Shown in pieces: positions 50,560 to 60,003 of a stretch of DNA of 64,000 bases. Each line of letters opens with the position of its first letter. Position 1 is the first letter of the stretch. A model generated the notes under the pieces. The model worked only from the letters and a program-made list of their open reading frames with translations, did not search any database and was not told where the DNA came from. Source of the stretch: Nitrosopumilaceae archaeon. GTDB taxonomy: Archaea; Thermoproteota; Nitrososphaeria; Nitrososphaerales; Nitrosopumilaceae. Both the position numbers and the translations under genes were made by a program. The DNA lies in contig CBDCCK010000002.1 of the NCBI GenBank assembly GCA_965214835.1, positions 1,792,001-1,856,000 of the forward strand, in the 5' to 3' direction.

Positions 50560-51525
50560 ATGCAGGATGGAGTAAAAACCGCGCTGGTTACAGGTGGCAT
50601 GGGATTCATCGGAAGGTCTCTAGTCGACAAGTTAATCTCGGAGGGAAAAGAAACCCACGTTCTTGACAAGACTGCCGACGGGGCCCTCCTAAAAAGATGG
50701 AGTAGAGCCCAGGAATTTAGATTTTTTAAGGCCGATCTACTGGATGCGGAGTCTTTTGGGACGCTGCCGCGGTATGATGCGGTCTACCACCTGGCTGCAA
50801 ATCCAGAAGTGAATCCATCCAAATCAAAGCCAGTAGATCACTTTAACCAAAACATTGCAGCCACGTTTAACCTTCTTGAAAGGCTAAAAAACGCAAAGCC
50901 CAATATCCTGGCTTTCACATCCACCTCCACAGTTTATGGCGAGGCCAGCCAGATTCCGACCCCCGAGAACTACTCCCCACTGGAGCCAATCTCAGTATAC
51001 GGATCCTCGAAGCTGGCCTGTGAGGCACTGATAAGCTCCTATGCCCACATGTTTGATTTTAAGGCGGTCATCTTCAGGCTGGCAAACATAATTGGGCCAA
51101 ACAGCACGCACGGGATAATATCCGACTTTGTCAAGAGACTGCAAGGCGATCCCTCCTCCCTTGACATACTGGGCGACGGAGAACAGAACAAATCGTATCT
51201 ATATGTGGATGACTGCATCTCGGCAATACAGCTTGCCTTGAAGAAGGCCCGGAAAAAGGTTGAGGTCTTTAACGTGGGATCAGAGGACAGGATCAGGGCA
51301 AAAGACATTGCAAGGCTGGTCTTGGACGAGATGAATCTAAAAAAGACCAAAATTAATTACGCGGGCGGAGCTGACGGCGGCAGGGGGTGGAAGGGGGATG
51401 TGAAAGACATGATGCTTGATATCGAAAAGCTGAGATCCATCGGATGGAATCCCGAGCACTCTAGTAAAAAGGGAGTCAAGCTAACGGCCGGACTAATCCT
51501 CAAGGGCGGCAGGCAAGATGTATGA
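50560..51525 (+). CDS. NAD-dependent epimerase/dehydratase (UDP-glucose 4-epimerase-like)
   Basis: TGGMGFIG, HLAANP, STSTVYG, YGSSK, LGDGEQNKSYLYVDD, GWKGDV. Confidence 0.92.
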   Translation: MQDGVKTALVTGGMGFIGRSLVDKLISEGKETHVLDKTADGALLKRWSRAQEFRFFKADLLDAESFGTLPRYDAVYHLAANPEVNPSKSKPVDHFNQNIAATFNLLERLKNAKPNILAFTSTSTVYGEASQIPTPENYSPLEPISVYGSSKLACEALISSYAHMFDFKAVIFRLANIIGPNSTHGIISDFVKRLQGDPSSLDILGDGEQNKSYLYVDDCISAIQLALKKARKKVEVFNVGSEDRIRAKDIARLVLDEMNLKKTKINYAGGADGGRGWKGDVKDMMLDIEKLRSIGWNPEHSSKKGVKLTAGLILKGGRQDV

Positions 51526-51893
51526 GGCCGCCTGCCCCTAGACTATTCTGGATGCCTCAGCAACGGCGGACCTGGTTCTGCGGCCTCCACATCGACATGC
51601 ATGTCACGGGCCGCGAGATCTTGCTCGCCGGAGCAGGCCTCCCCTGATCCGGCCGCTTATCTTGCGGCGTAGCACGACGCCGCGCAGGAACCGCTCTGAG
51701 GCGCTGCCGGCGGGCCTGATGCCCTTGCATGATGGCGCTGTTCAACGAGTGGATGATTGCCAAGGCACTGCGATGACCGGGGTGCAAAACGTCACGGCAA
51801 TACCGGTATTCAAGGATGGTATGACGGTTTATCTCAGGGAGCAGGCTCCCCTCCCCGGCCTCAGATCCGGAATACGTTTCACTTGTACTGCCT

Positions 51894-52036
51894 CTGAGAG
51901 ATGATCCGAAATTAAAAGCCGTACGAATTTTTCAAGTAATTTCACAGATAATTTGTATTTTGTTGATATTTTGAATTGTTTTATGCAAATTCGTTCACAA
52001 ATAATCAGAGTCTGCTAATTTCGAATCAACTCTCTG
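51894..52036. mobile_element. MITE family C (AT-rich)
   Basis: Ends ctgagagatgatccgaaatta / taatttcgaatcaactctctg. Confidence 0.7.
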
Positions 52037-52130
52037 TTATGTCCTGGCCGCATCCTGCGGCGCCTCCCCGGCCTCAGATCCGGGATACGTTTCACTTGGC
52101 TGTGCTTTTGGGAAGACTGCCCGGCGCGGA

Positions 52131-53288
52131 TCACCGATCCCAGCCAAGGTCACGCCCCAAAAGCTCATACAGCCGCTCGTTGTGAGGACGGAAATAGTCA
52201 ACTAGCATCCTGCGCGTGTCGCGCCTCATCGGCGGATAGCTGCCCGCGTTGAGCCTGAAGGGATCGCCCGGCGCGGGCTTGTACCTCCCCATCCAAGGCA
52301 AGTCCGGCAGGGCGCCTACACCCACCTCAAACGGCTCGAGTCCCAGAAACCCAAAGACCCTGTCAAGCGTACCCTGTCTGTCGTCCTCCAGCTCCCCGGT
52401 CGTCAGGATCAGCAGCCGGTTCCTGTCAAAGCACTCATACCAGCGGATCAGCTGTTCTGCATAGCGACCCGTGCCAAGATAGGAATTGTAGAGGTCATGC
52501 CCGTCGGATCTGGTATCTGATGCCGCCTTTTCCCGCTCGTACGATGCCCTGCTGCCCTCTGCGACTATTGCGTCCTCAAATGTCAGCGACTCGCGCCCCT
52601 TTTTGAGCCGCATGTTGTACTCTGAATAGGCGCGGTCGACGGGGTTGCGCAGTATGGCCAGCAGCCTGACGTTGGGAATCGTGGCCCTGACCCGGCCCGG
52701 CACGTCCGGGAGGAACATGTAAGGGGGGGTGGCCTCGCCGGTCAGCATCTTGCGGCCTGTCTTCCATGCGTGATAGCGCTTGTGCAGTACGGTCGGAAAG
52801 TGGGCGCGGTACCACTGCATGCCGTACATGTAGGTCGTCGTGCTGGCAAAGTATCCTATCTCCTTGACCCGCGCCGGAAGCACGTTCGGATGCGTGCACA
52901 TCAGGCCGTACAGCGACGTGGTACCCGACTTGGTTGCCCCTATGATGAGAAAGTCCGGCAGGGTACGGAGGAAGGACGTAATGGCGCTTGTCCCGCTCCC
53001 TTTCAGAATCATGTGTACCATCGGGTGCTTTGCGAGATTTATAAAATCCGTCCGCTGGACGCGTCTTGAACGGCCGCAAACCGGACACGTGATCTGGTAG
53101 CTGTGCAGTCGGCAATCGGCAAGCAGCAGATCACTGGCCTTGCTTTTTATCCTGCGTAAGAGGTGTTTGAAGGATGCTGGGCTTGGTGTAGTTGTGTGGA
53201 ATCCAGAAAGTATCTTGTCCCCCTCTTTATCTGGCATGATACTCCTCCCTGCTTCTTCATCTATGACCGTTTCGCCCGGAGGCGGCAT
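52131..53288 (-). CDS. PAPS-dependent sulfotransferase
   Basis: LPDFLIIGATKSGTTSL (5'-PSB loop), KEIGYF, GEATP.Y, LRNPVDRAYS (3'-PB), FRPHNERL; start uncertain. Confidence 0.9.
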   Translation of the reverse strand: MPPPGETVIDEEAGRSIMPDKEGDKILSGFHTTTPSPASFKHLLRRIKSKASDLLLADCRLHSYQITCPVCGRSRRVQRTDFINLAKHPMVHMILKGSGTSAITSFLRTLPDFLIIGATKSGTTSLYGLMCTHPNVLPARVKEIGYFASTTTYMYGMQWYRAHFPTVLHKRYHAWKTGRKMLTGEATPPYMFLPDVPGRVRATIPNVRLLAILRNPVDRAYSEYNMRLKKGRESLTFEDAIVAEGSRASYEREKAASDTRSDGHDLYNSYLGTGRYAEQLIRWYECFDRNRLLILTTGELEDDRQGTLDRVFGFLGLEPFEVGVGALPDLPWMGRYKPAPGDPFRLNAGSYPPMRRDTRRMLVDYFRPHNERLYELLGRDLGWDR

Positions 53289-53374
53289 CTTGCGCCCAGA
53301 TGCCTGCGTTGGTGTCTCTAGGATTTCTTCGAACCTGCCGTGCCCGGCATTTGTGTGCCTTTTCCCGTCTGAAT

Positions 53375-53525
53375 GGGGTTGTCGCCTAATTCACCTCAGG
53401 CTGCCTCCACCGGCACGCCAATCCCTGCGGCACACTCCATCCTGTTTAGCACCTCAAAGTTCCATCCTATGGCCTTGCACAGACCGAACCTCCTGCGGGT
53501 GGCTGCCTTTCTGAACCTGCACATC
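53375..53525 (-). pseudogene. Transposase C-terminus ending in a family-B TIR
   Basis: RRRFGLCKAIGWNFEVLNR...AA* directly followed by aattaggcgacaacccc. Confidence 0.55.
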
Positions 53526-53663
53526 TGCAGTGGCGCGGGGTCAGAAAGGCAACTACAGGCTGGCCGTATCAGACCGCCGACGAGGTGCAAAAATCCATAC
53601 GCACCAATGCTGTGCAGGGGCGAGATGAAGGTGGCAGAGATGAGCAGCTGGCTGACGTAGGCA

Positions 53664-56234
53664 CTACTCATACTTGACATCCCCGTGCGCCGTGCCGCCG
53701 TTTCCGCTGTCCGAGGAGTCCGACAGGTCGCCTTCGAACTCAAGGTGCATCAGAAGCGCATCATTGTAGGCTCCCATATACGCACAATCGCCGGTAAGCG
53801 CGTCGACGGCACCGTCGCCTCCGGCATCTGACACGGTAGCCATCTCCACGTGGCATTCATGCACGTCTGATACATGGTCGGCAGGCAGCCGTGCCGAGTA
53901 TATCATGACATCATCCAGCACGGTATCATGCGCATGCCCCCTGCCGGTGCTGCTGGCGCCTATCGCAAGCGGATAATCGTTTGTGACGGATCCCTCCAGG
54001 AATGCGTTGTGCCGGCGTATGTTATCGAGCTGTCCGTCCACGTACACATCCAGTCCATTCCTTTCTCTGGAACCGTCATAGGTGAACACGACGTGGTGCC
54101 AGCGGCCATCGGCCACGCCGGAGAACGTGTTGATGGTTATCTGGCTTTTCGTCTCGTCTGTCATCCGGAGTGAGAGCCCGCCGCCGGGGTGGCTCCACAC
54201 AGTGATACCCTGCTGCCGGGCCGCCTCGGCCTTTGATATGATCGACGAGCCAGGTTCTCCAGAGCCGGTCATCTTGATCCAGAACGCGATGCTGAACGGA
54301 TCGGCTCCGCCAAGATCGAGGCCGGGCACGGTGGCAAACGTAACGTATGCGGTACCGTCAAGATGGATGGCCCGACCGGGCGGACTGTACGCGGACAGGG
54401 AGGTCCACTCGGGCGGGTTCCACTCCGTCACATCCACGCTGTGGCCGGCATACTCGTAAACCGCTGATGGTATCGGGGTGTCCGGTTTTGGGGGATTATG
54501 AAACTCGGCCATCCTGCTACCGCCATAGTATATCTCAACATACCGCTTCAGATCTGTTTCCTGGGGTGCCGTCGCATTGCCGACACCATGGTGGGCCCCC
54601 AGCAAGTATCGATTATGTTCCATCCTGTCTACAAATTCTATCATTACGATCTCTTTGGTTTTTTCCGGGTATGTGTTGCTAGCAAAGTTATCTGCCATGC
54701 CGGAATCGGTAAGATTGTAGATGCTTGATAGCCACGATTTGTTAATATTCCGCATGATTATTTGCGCGTCAGAATCCACATAGTTTCGTAGCGCAAAGGA
54801 TACCGCTTCAGGATACGCAGATGTCGCATCCCAGTGCACAAGCACGCCAGATGTGGACAGGCCGAGCGCCGTGGCGGCAAGTACGGCTGCCAACAGTAGC
54901 ACGCGTTGCCCCCTCGAATCCCACCTTCTTGCGTACACTCTTTCTATTCCTCCGCCGAGCAGTGCGGCGGCGGCAACACACATTGCAGTCCACAGCATGC
55001 CTAGGTGGAACCACGATACGTATCCAATTGATCCGAAGAACAGCAGGACTGGTGCTATCCACAGCATCAGAAACCTGTTACGCATGGCGGCCGCAAAGAC
55101 AAGCCCTGCTACACCCAGCGATATCAGGACTGGATCTATCTCGAACAGCCATATCGTGCCCATCAGCAGGATCGCAGGATGGGTCAATATGTCCGGATCT
55201 TGGCCCTGTACTAGGGATATCGGTATGTATTGTTGCAGCGAGTCCAGCATGTGTTGGCCGGATCTGTCTGTCTGCCACAGGACGCCTCTTATCCACTGAT
55301 CGAACTCACCCTCCAGCGCCGCAGACGCGGGCCATGCTGCCGCAATCAGGATCATGGATACAAGCCACAGCAGCATCCATCCCGGCCTTTTGCCGGCCGA
55401 CCAGACCAAAGCAAGAACCAGCGGGATCATCACAAGCGAGGGGATCTTGACAAGCATGGCACATCCCATACAGACGCCCGACAGGAGAACCAGCAGGTGG
55501 GCCTTGTCCGGGGCTGGCTGCAGCGGCGCCCTCCCCCCTGTGACGGAATTGCTCTTTGGATCTGGGCCGCATGCGTACATGGCAAGCAGAACGGAGGACA
55601 GGACAAACGGGAGTAGAATCGAGTCCAGCAGAACCATCCTGAGCGTCAACGATACGGGCATTGCCGCAAACAGGACGGCTGCGATCGGTGCTGCCCTGCG
55701 CCCAAAGCCCCTCTCGACTATCTTGTAGATCAGAAAGGTGTCCAAGACAGCAAGCAGGCCCATGAGGATGCGCGGTGCCCCGTAAAGCATCCCAATCGAG
55801 GACGCATCCTCCGATGTGACAAAGGAGTCAGGATATCCGGTGACATGCATGAATCCGGCCAGTATCGTCCAGCCAAGAAACGGATGGTCGTGAGTGTTCA
55901 ACAGTATCTTGTGATCTGAGACATCCAAGGCCCGGTCTATGTAGGTCGACTCATCCACGTACCAAGGCGGGAAACCCGCCGGGTTCCACAGGTGCGTATA
56001 TGCAGAAAGCGCCAGTATTGCAACAAGCATGAGGAGCGGTCCGCGTCCTGACAGGTGCCCGTGCCAAAAGTGACACGTCCGAGAGGGGGAGGGGCTGTCG
56101 CCTAATTTGCCTCCTTGGCTCAATCTACACGTTTTCCTGAACCTCCACTCCAGCACTCCTAGGCTCGGATGAGATCGTATGGTTTTCAGAAATTCCGATG
56201 AATTAGGCGACAACCCCCGTCCGAGGCCAAGCAT
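53664..56234 (-). CDS. GT-C (ArnT/PMT-like) membrane glycosyltransferase fused to C-terminal LamG/ConA-like domain
   Basis: VDESTY, DHPFLG, many TM helices, RMVLLD; LamG motifs FSIAFWIK, DGRWHHVVFTYDG, VYVDG, LAIG, LDDVMIYS. Confidence 0.85.
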   Translation of the reverse strand: MLGLGRGLSPNSSEFLKTIRSHPSLGVLEWRFRKTCRLSQGGKLGDSPSPSRTCHFWHGHLSGRGPLLMLVAILALSAYTHLWNPAGFPPWYVDESTYIDRALDVSDHKILLNTHDHPFLGWTILAGFMHVTGYPDSFVTSEDASSIGMLYGAPRILMGLLAVLDTFLIYKIVERGFGRRAAPIAAVLFAAMPVSLTLRMVLLDSILLPFVLSSVLLAMYACGPDPKSNSVTGGRAPLQPAPDKAHLLVLLSGVCMGCAMLVKIPSLVMIPLVLALVWSAGKRPGWMLLWLVSMILIAAAWPASAALEGEFDQWIRGVLWQTDRSGQHMLDSLQQYIPISLVQGQDPDILTHPAILLMGTIWLFEIDPVLISLGVAGLVFAAAMRNRFLMLWIAPVLLFFGSIGYVSWFHLGMLWTAMCVAAAALLGGGIERVYARRWDSRGQRVLLLAAVLAATALGLSTSGVLVHWDATSAYPEAVSFALRNYVDSDAQIIMRNINKSWLSSIYNLTDSGMADNFASNTYPEKTKEIVMIEFVDRMEHNRYLLGAHHGVGNATAPQETDLKRYVEIYYGGSRMAEFHNPPKPDTPIPSAVYEYAGHSVDVTEWNPPEWTSLSAYSPPGRAIHLDGTAYVTFATVPGLDLGGADPFSIAFWIKMTGSGEPGSSIISKAEAARQQGITVWSHPGGGLSLRMTDETKSQITINTFSGVADGRWHHVVFTYDGSRERNGLDVYVDGQLDNIRRHNAFLEGSVTNDYPLAIGASSTGRGHAHDTVLDDVMIYSARLPADHVSDVHECHVEMATVSDAGGDGAVDALTGDCAYMGAYNDALLMHLEFEGDLSDSSDSGNGGTAHGDVKYE
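56091..56217. mobile_element. MITE family B inside the 5' end of the GT-C gene
   Basis: TIR gggg(c/t)tgtcgcctaatt; cgtccgag duplicated on both sides. Confidence 0.8.
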
Positions 56235-56299
56235 GAGCTAGCCCCGCCCATCATCCAAATAACGGTTTGGTAACAGATAGTTTGTTGGTATGTGGGGGA

Positions 56300-56430
56300 G
56301 GGGTTGGTAGCCTAATTCATCGGAATTCCTGAAAAACATTGAGATGCCAGGCGGATCAGGCGTGCAAAAGGGCAGAAATTCAGAAAAATGTGCAGATTGA
56401 GTCAAGTCGACGGAATTAGGCGACAACCCC
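56300..56430. mobile_element. MITE family B
   Basis: aattaggcgacaacccc end; colinear with 14274-14402. Confidence 0.75.
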
Positions 56431-56501
56431 CATACCACCCAATAAATGCACTTGCGGTGATAGCGCCACCACTAATGGCCGGTTCCAATTATCATAGATC
56501 C

Positions 56502-57603
56502 TATAGTGACGATTAAAAGTCTTTGAGGTCAAAAAAAACCAACAGCAACACATTTTGATCGCCATGTTCCATGCATTGCATGGATACTGAACTGGCCGAG
56601 GAGCTCAGAGCGGCATCAAAGACAGAAAAGGATCCCCAAGTCATGTTCAGGATAGCAGCAGTCAACGCAATCTGTGTACGTGGTGAGGACGTAGGCAGCA
56701 CGGCAAAACTTCTCATGCGTACCCCCGACTGCATACGGCAGTGGATCAGCCGCTTTGAGGAGGGGGGCATTGATGCCCTCCGGGATCACTCCCGCAGCTG
56801 AAGGCCGCCCAAGGTAAAGCCCGAGATCATCTCCGAGATCATCGATGATGCCCACGATGGCGTGATCACACCCAGGATTCTGGCCGTCGAAATACGCGAC
56901 AGAACCGGCGTGCAGTACCACCTGTCCTCTGCCAGGAGGCTGATGAGGGAGCAGGACATGTCGCCCAAGACGCCGGAGCTTGTGCACAAGAGCAGGGCAG
57001 ACGTCGATACCATACGCAGGTGGTAGCGCAACGCAAAAAGGCATATTTCACGCCTGGAAAGGGAGGGTTTTACCACCGTAATCCAGGATGAGTCGATCTT
57101 CGTAGACGCCCCGATCGTCGGGCGCAAGTACTGGTCTGCAGTAGGAACGCCGATCACGGTTACATACAGGGGGCGCCGCCGCAGGACTGTGGCCTACGGC
57201 GCAATTGCCACGGACGGACGCCGCTTCTTCCGGACATACGATAAATTTGACGGCCCGACATTCCTCAGGTATTTCAAGGAGCTCCGCAGTCACTTTGGAA
57301 AGGTCCTGGTAATAATGGACGGCGCGTCTGCACATACCACCCGGGATGTAAAAAAGTTCGTGGCAGACAATCCAGACACCTTGAGGGTCAGGTATATGCC
57401 GGTTGCCACCCCGGAGCTCAGCGGCATGGAGGAATACTGGCACCGGGCAAAGCGGGACGCCCTCGTCTCCGAGTACTATGCAACATTCGAGGAGATGAGA
57501 CATGCGCTGTCAGAATACCTGAGGACTACCAGATTCGCGGATGATATTATGTCGTATATCGGGTCGGATCCGGGTTGATCAAAAACTTATGGTCGTCACT
57601 ATA
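56502..57603 (+). mobile_element. IS630 family element (pseudogene)
   Basis: TIR tatagtgacga / ggtcgtcactata; QDESIF, MDGASAH, PELSGMEE; frameshift and stop. Confidence 0.85.
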
Positions 57604-57711
57604 GGCATGGATTAAAGAGACATAATTTGCCGCCGATAAAGGGCCCGGGCGTTTTAACATAGATGGTTACACACGGATCCGTATACATGAGGTTTCGATC
57701 CGAGGGCAGGC

Positions 57712-58821
57712 TCAACCCCTCCGCTGTCTGGTCCTTGAGATCAGCATGCGGTACATTAACAAGCGTGTGAGACGGCGCACGGGCCGGCTCGCAAACACAA
57801 CCCCCAGCACCCGGGCTGCAAGCCTTCCAGCCGCGCCATCATGCGTACCGTACACGAACGAGGTCAGGATGTGATCGGTGTGACGGCACGCCGTCATGAC
57901 AACCATCCTGCGTCCGATTCTCCTGCTGGCCTCGGCATATCTCCGTGGAAAGATGGGTATGTAGGCCAGTTCCCGGATTAACAAGCGTCCGATTCTCCTG
58001 CTGGCCTCGGCATATCTCCCCTGCTCCGGCCCGCTCAGCCTGTTGACTGTGAGCTCTAGTATCTTGCACCTCATGTTGTGCCTCTCTCTCGGGCTTGGCC
58101 GTCCCTGCCCATCGTGCTGCCTGTACCCATATATGATCCCCGGAACGTGGTGGAACCTGTACCCGTGATTTATGGTCAGCCTCATACAGAACTCCTGATC
58201 CTCGCCCCGGTCAAGGCTATCGTCAAAGCCCCCGACATCCTCAAGAATTGACCTGTGAAGGATGGAGACGCACATTTGTCCAAAGGACATGCTGAATATT
58301 GAAGCACCCTGCTCCATCGCGTCCATGGAGTTGTCCATGTAGTATGATACCGTCTTGCCGTTTGGCTTCCCGTCGGATCCCAGCATCTGGAGATCAAAAA
58401 ACGGTATTGTTTTGGTAATCGACGAGGAGTCGAGCCCCTCGGCTGCCCCGACAAGCCTCTCCACTGCGTCAGGATACATTATATCATCAGAGTCCAGGAC
58501 GGCAAGCCACTTCCCGGTCATGTGGGCTATCCCCGTGTTGTAGGCAGCCGCGCGTCCCGCGTGCTCTGTGTTGACTATCCTGATCCTGTCAGAGTACCGC
58601 TCCAGTATCTTGGCCGATCCGTCCGTGGAGCCGTCGTTTACTGCTATGACCTCGATGTTGCCGTATGTCTGTGCCAGTGCGGACTCTATGGACTGCATCA
58701 GGTACCTTTCCCCGTTGTAGACCCGGATTAGTAGCGACACCTTGCCGCTCTTGCCGATCCGTGCTACGCCACCTCCCTCCAGTAATTCTTTCTTTGATTC
58801 CATGCTAGACAGTGTTGTCAC
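57712..58821 (-). CDS. Glycosyltransferase family 2
   Basis: VSLLIRVYN, VNDGSTD, LDSDD, VGGFD, ED.EF, YRQH. Confidence 0.9.
   Translation of the reverse strand: MTTLSSMESKKELLEGGGVARIGKSGKVSLLIRVYNGERYLMQSIESALAQTYGNIEVIAVNDGSTDGSAKILERYSDRIRIVNTEHAGRAAAYNTGIAHMTGKWLAVLDSDDIMYPDAVERLVGAAEGLDSSSITKTIPFFDLQMLGSDGKPNGKTVSYYMDNSMDAMEQGASIFSMSFGQMCVSILHRSILEDVGGFDDSLDRGEDQEFCMRLTINHGYRFHHVPGIIYGYRQHDGQGRPSPRERHNMRCKILELTVNRLSGPEQGRYAEASRRIGRLLIRELAYIPIFPRRYAEASRRIGRRMVVMTACRHTDHILTSFVYGTHDGAAGRLAARVLGVVFASRPVRRLTRLLMYRMLISRTRQRRG
57910..58019. repeat. 35-bp exact direct repeat flanking a 40-bp unique insert (in frame)
   Basis: gcgtccgattctcctgctggcctcggcatatctcc at 57910-57944 and 57985-58019. 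Confidence 0.9.
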
Positions 58822-58857
58822 TCTGCCTCGTGTTACAGATATCTGTTTAGGTCAGTC

Positions 58858-59177
58858 CAGTAGTTGAAGATGTATCCCGTTTCTAAGTGTCTGATCGTTT
58901 TGAACCGATGGACATGATTTTTTGTCCGACCGATCTATAAGCAGCGGTGCCTTCGTCTATCATGATGGGAAAGCAGGGCAGACAGCAGCAGCAACAGCAG
59001 AAACATCTCCGGACAGGGTACGGCGAGGCAGGATTCAAGTCCTTGGTCACCGCAATAGACATGCTGGGAATCAAGTACTCCCCAAGGCACAACGCCATGT
59101 GTGGGCGTGGAAGACGCCTCCGGCCTGATTGCTTCCATGTCAGAGCGTTCTGCATGTGCAAACTATACCGTCCAAAA
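58858..59177 (+). pseudogene. Left end of ISH3-like element (relative of 3937)
   Basis: cagtagttgaagatgtatccc end and colinear similarity to 3937-4235. Confidence 0.8.
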
Positions 59178-59261
59178 GGTACAACATCAGGTCCTATTTA
59201 TACTGGCAAGCAAACACTTCCTAGATCCCTAGGCGGTTTAAATGGGACCTGATGTTGTACC
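59178..59261. mobile_element. 84-bp MITE-like element
   Basis: Perfect 17-bp IR ggtacaacatcaggtcc. Confidence 0.6.
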
Positions 59262-59359
59262 CAATTTGTGCCTGATTGATAGGGGCAGGCGACCACATAT
59301 CCCCGCGCTCATGAGCAAGTTCTTTAAGGTTTTAAATTGCCAGCATTGGAAGAATTCGC

Positions 59360-59569
59360 ATGGGTGGAAAAATAATTACATATGATCTCAAGAAAGTAAA
59401 GGAAGGATATGTTGCACGTTGTATGGTCAGCGATAAAGTCACCGCATTTGGAAGTACCAAAGAGGAGGCAGGTGACAATTTAGTGAAATCTGTAAAAGAT
59501 TATTTGAAAATATTTCCAGAGAAGGAAGACGAAATCTTCAATACACCTATAAAGGAAGTTATCCTCTAA
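59360..59569 (+). CDS. HicB-like antitoxin (short)
   Basis: GYVARC...VTAFGSTKEEAGDNL pattern of the HicB partial RNase H fold. Confidence 0.65.
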   Translation: MGGKIITYDLKKVKEGYVARCMVSDKVTAFGSTKEEAGDNLVKSVKDYLKIFPEKEDEIFNTPIKEVIL

Positions 59570-59581
59570 AAGATTACTTGA

Positions 59582-59842
59582 ATGCTCAAAGGTATTAACA
59601 CTGATGATACTATAGATGCACTCAAAATGTTGGGGTTTAGTGTACATAATCCGGATGGTGCTACTACCATTTTTTGCATCCACACAATAGCACAGGAAGA
59701 AGTTTGGATCCCAAAAACAGATCAGGGATTCTTATGCGACGTACTTGAAGATATTTTTGATCCAATAAAACTGAGATTTGTATTCTTTCATTCTGTTTAT
59801 ATGAATACACCGCATAAAAGAAATCCTGGCGATCAGTACTAG
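59582..59842 (+). CDS. HicA-like protein (divergent)
   Basis: ALKMLGF.....G and VWIP pattern, adjacent to HicB-like gene. Confidence 0.45.
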   Translation: MLKGINTDDTIDALKMLGFSVHNPDGATTIFCIHTIAQEEVWIPKTDQGFLCDVLEDIFDPIKLRFVFFHSVYMNTPHKRNPGDQY

Positions 59843-60003
59843 TTTTTGGCCTAGAATGGTAGCAGGCCCAGTGGCGCGGGGTCAGAAAGGCAACTACAGG
59901 CTGGCCGTATCAGACCGCCGACGAGATGCAAAAATCCATACGCGCCATGCTGTGCAGGGGCGAGATGAAGGTGGTAGAGATGACCAGCTGGCTGACGTAG
60001 GCG

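Noticed and set aside
58973-59000. CAG/CAA poly-Gln run
   Set aside because: Lies in a dead ISH3-like fragment; simple microsatellite.
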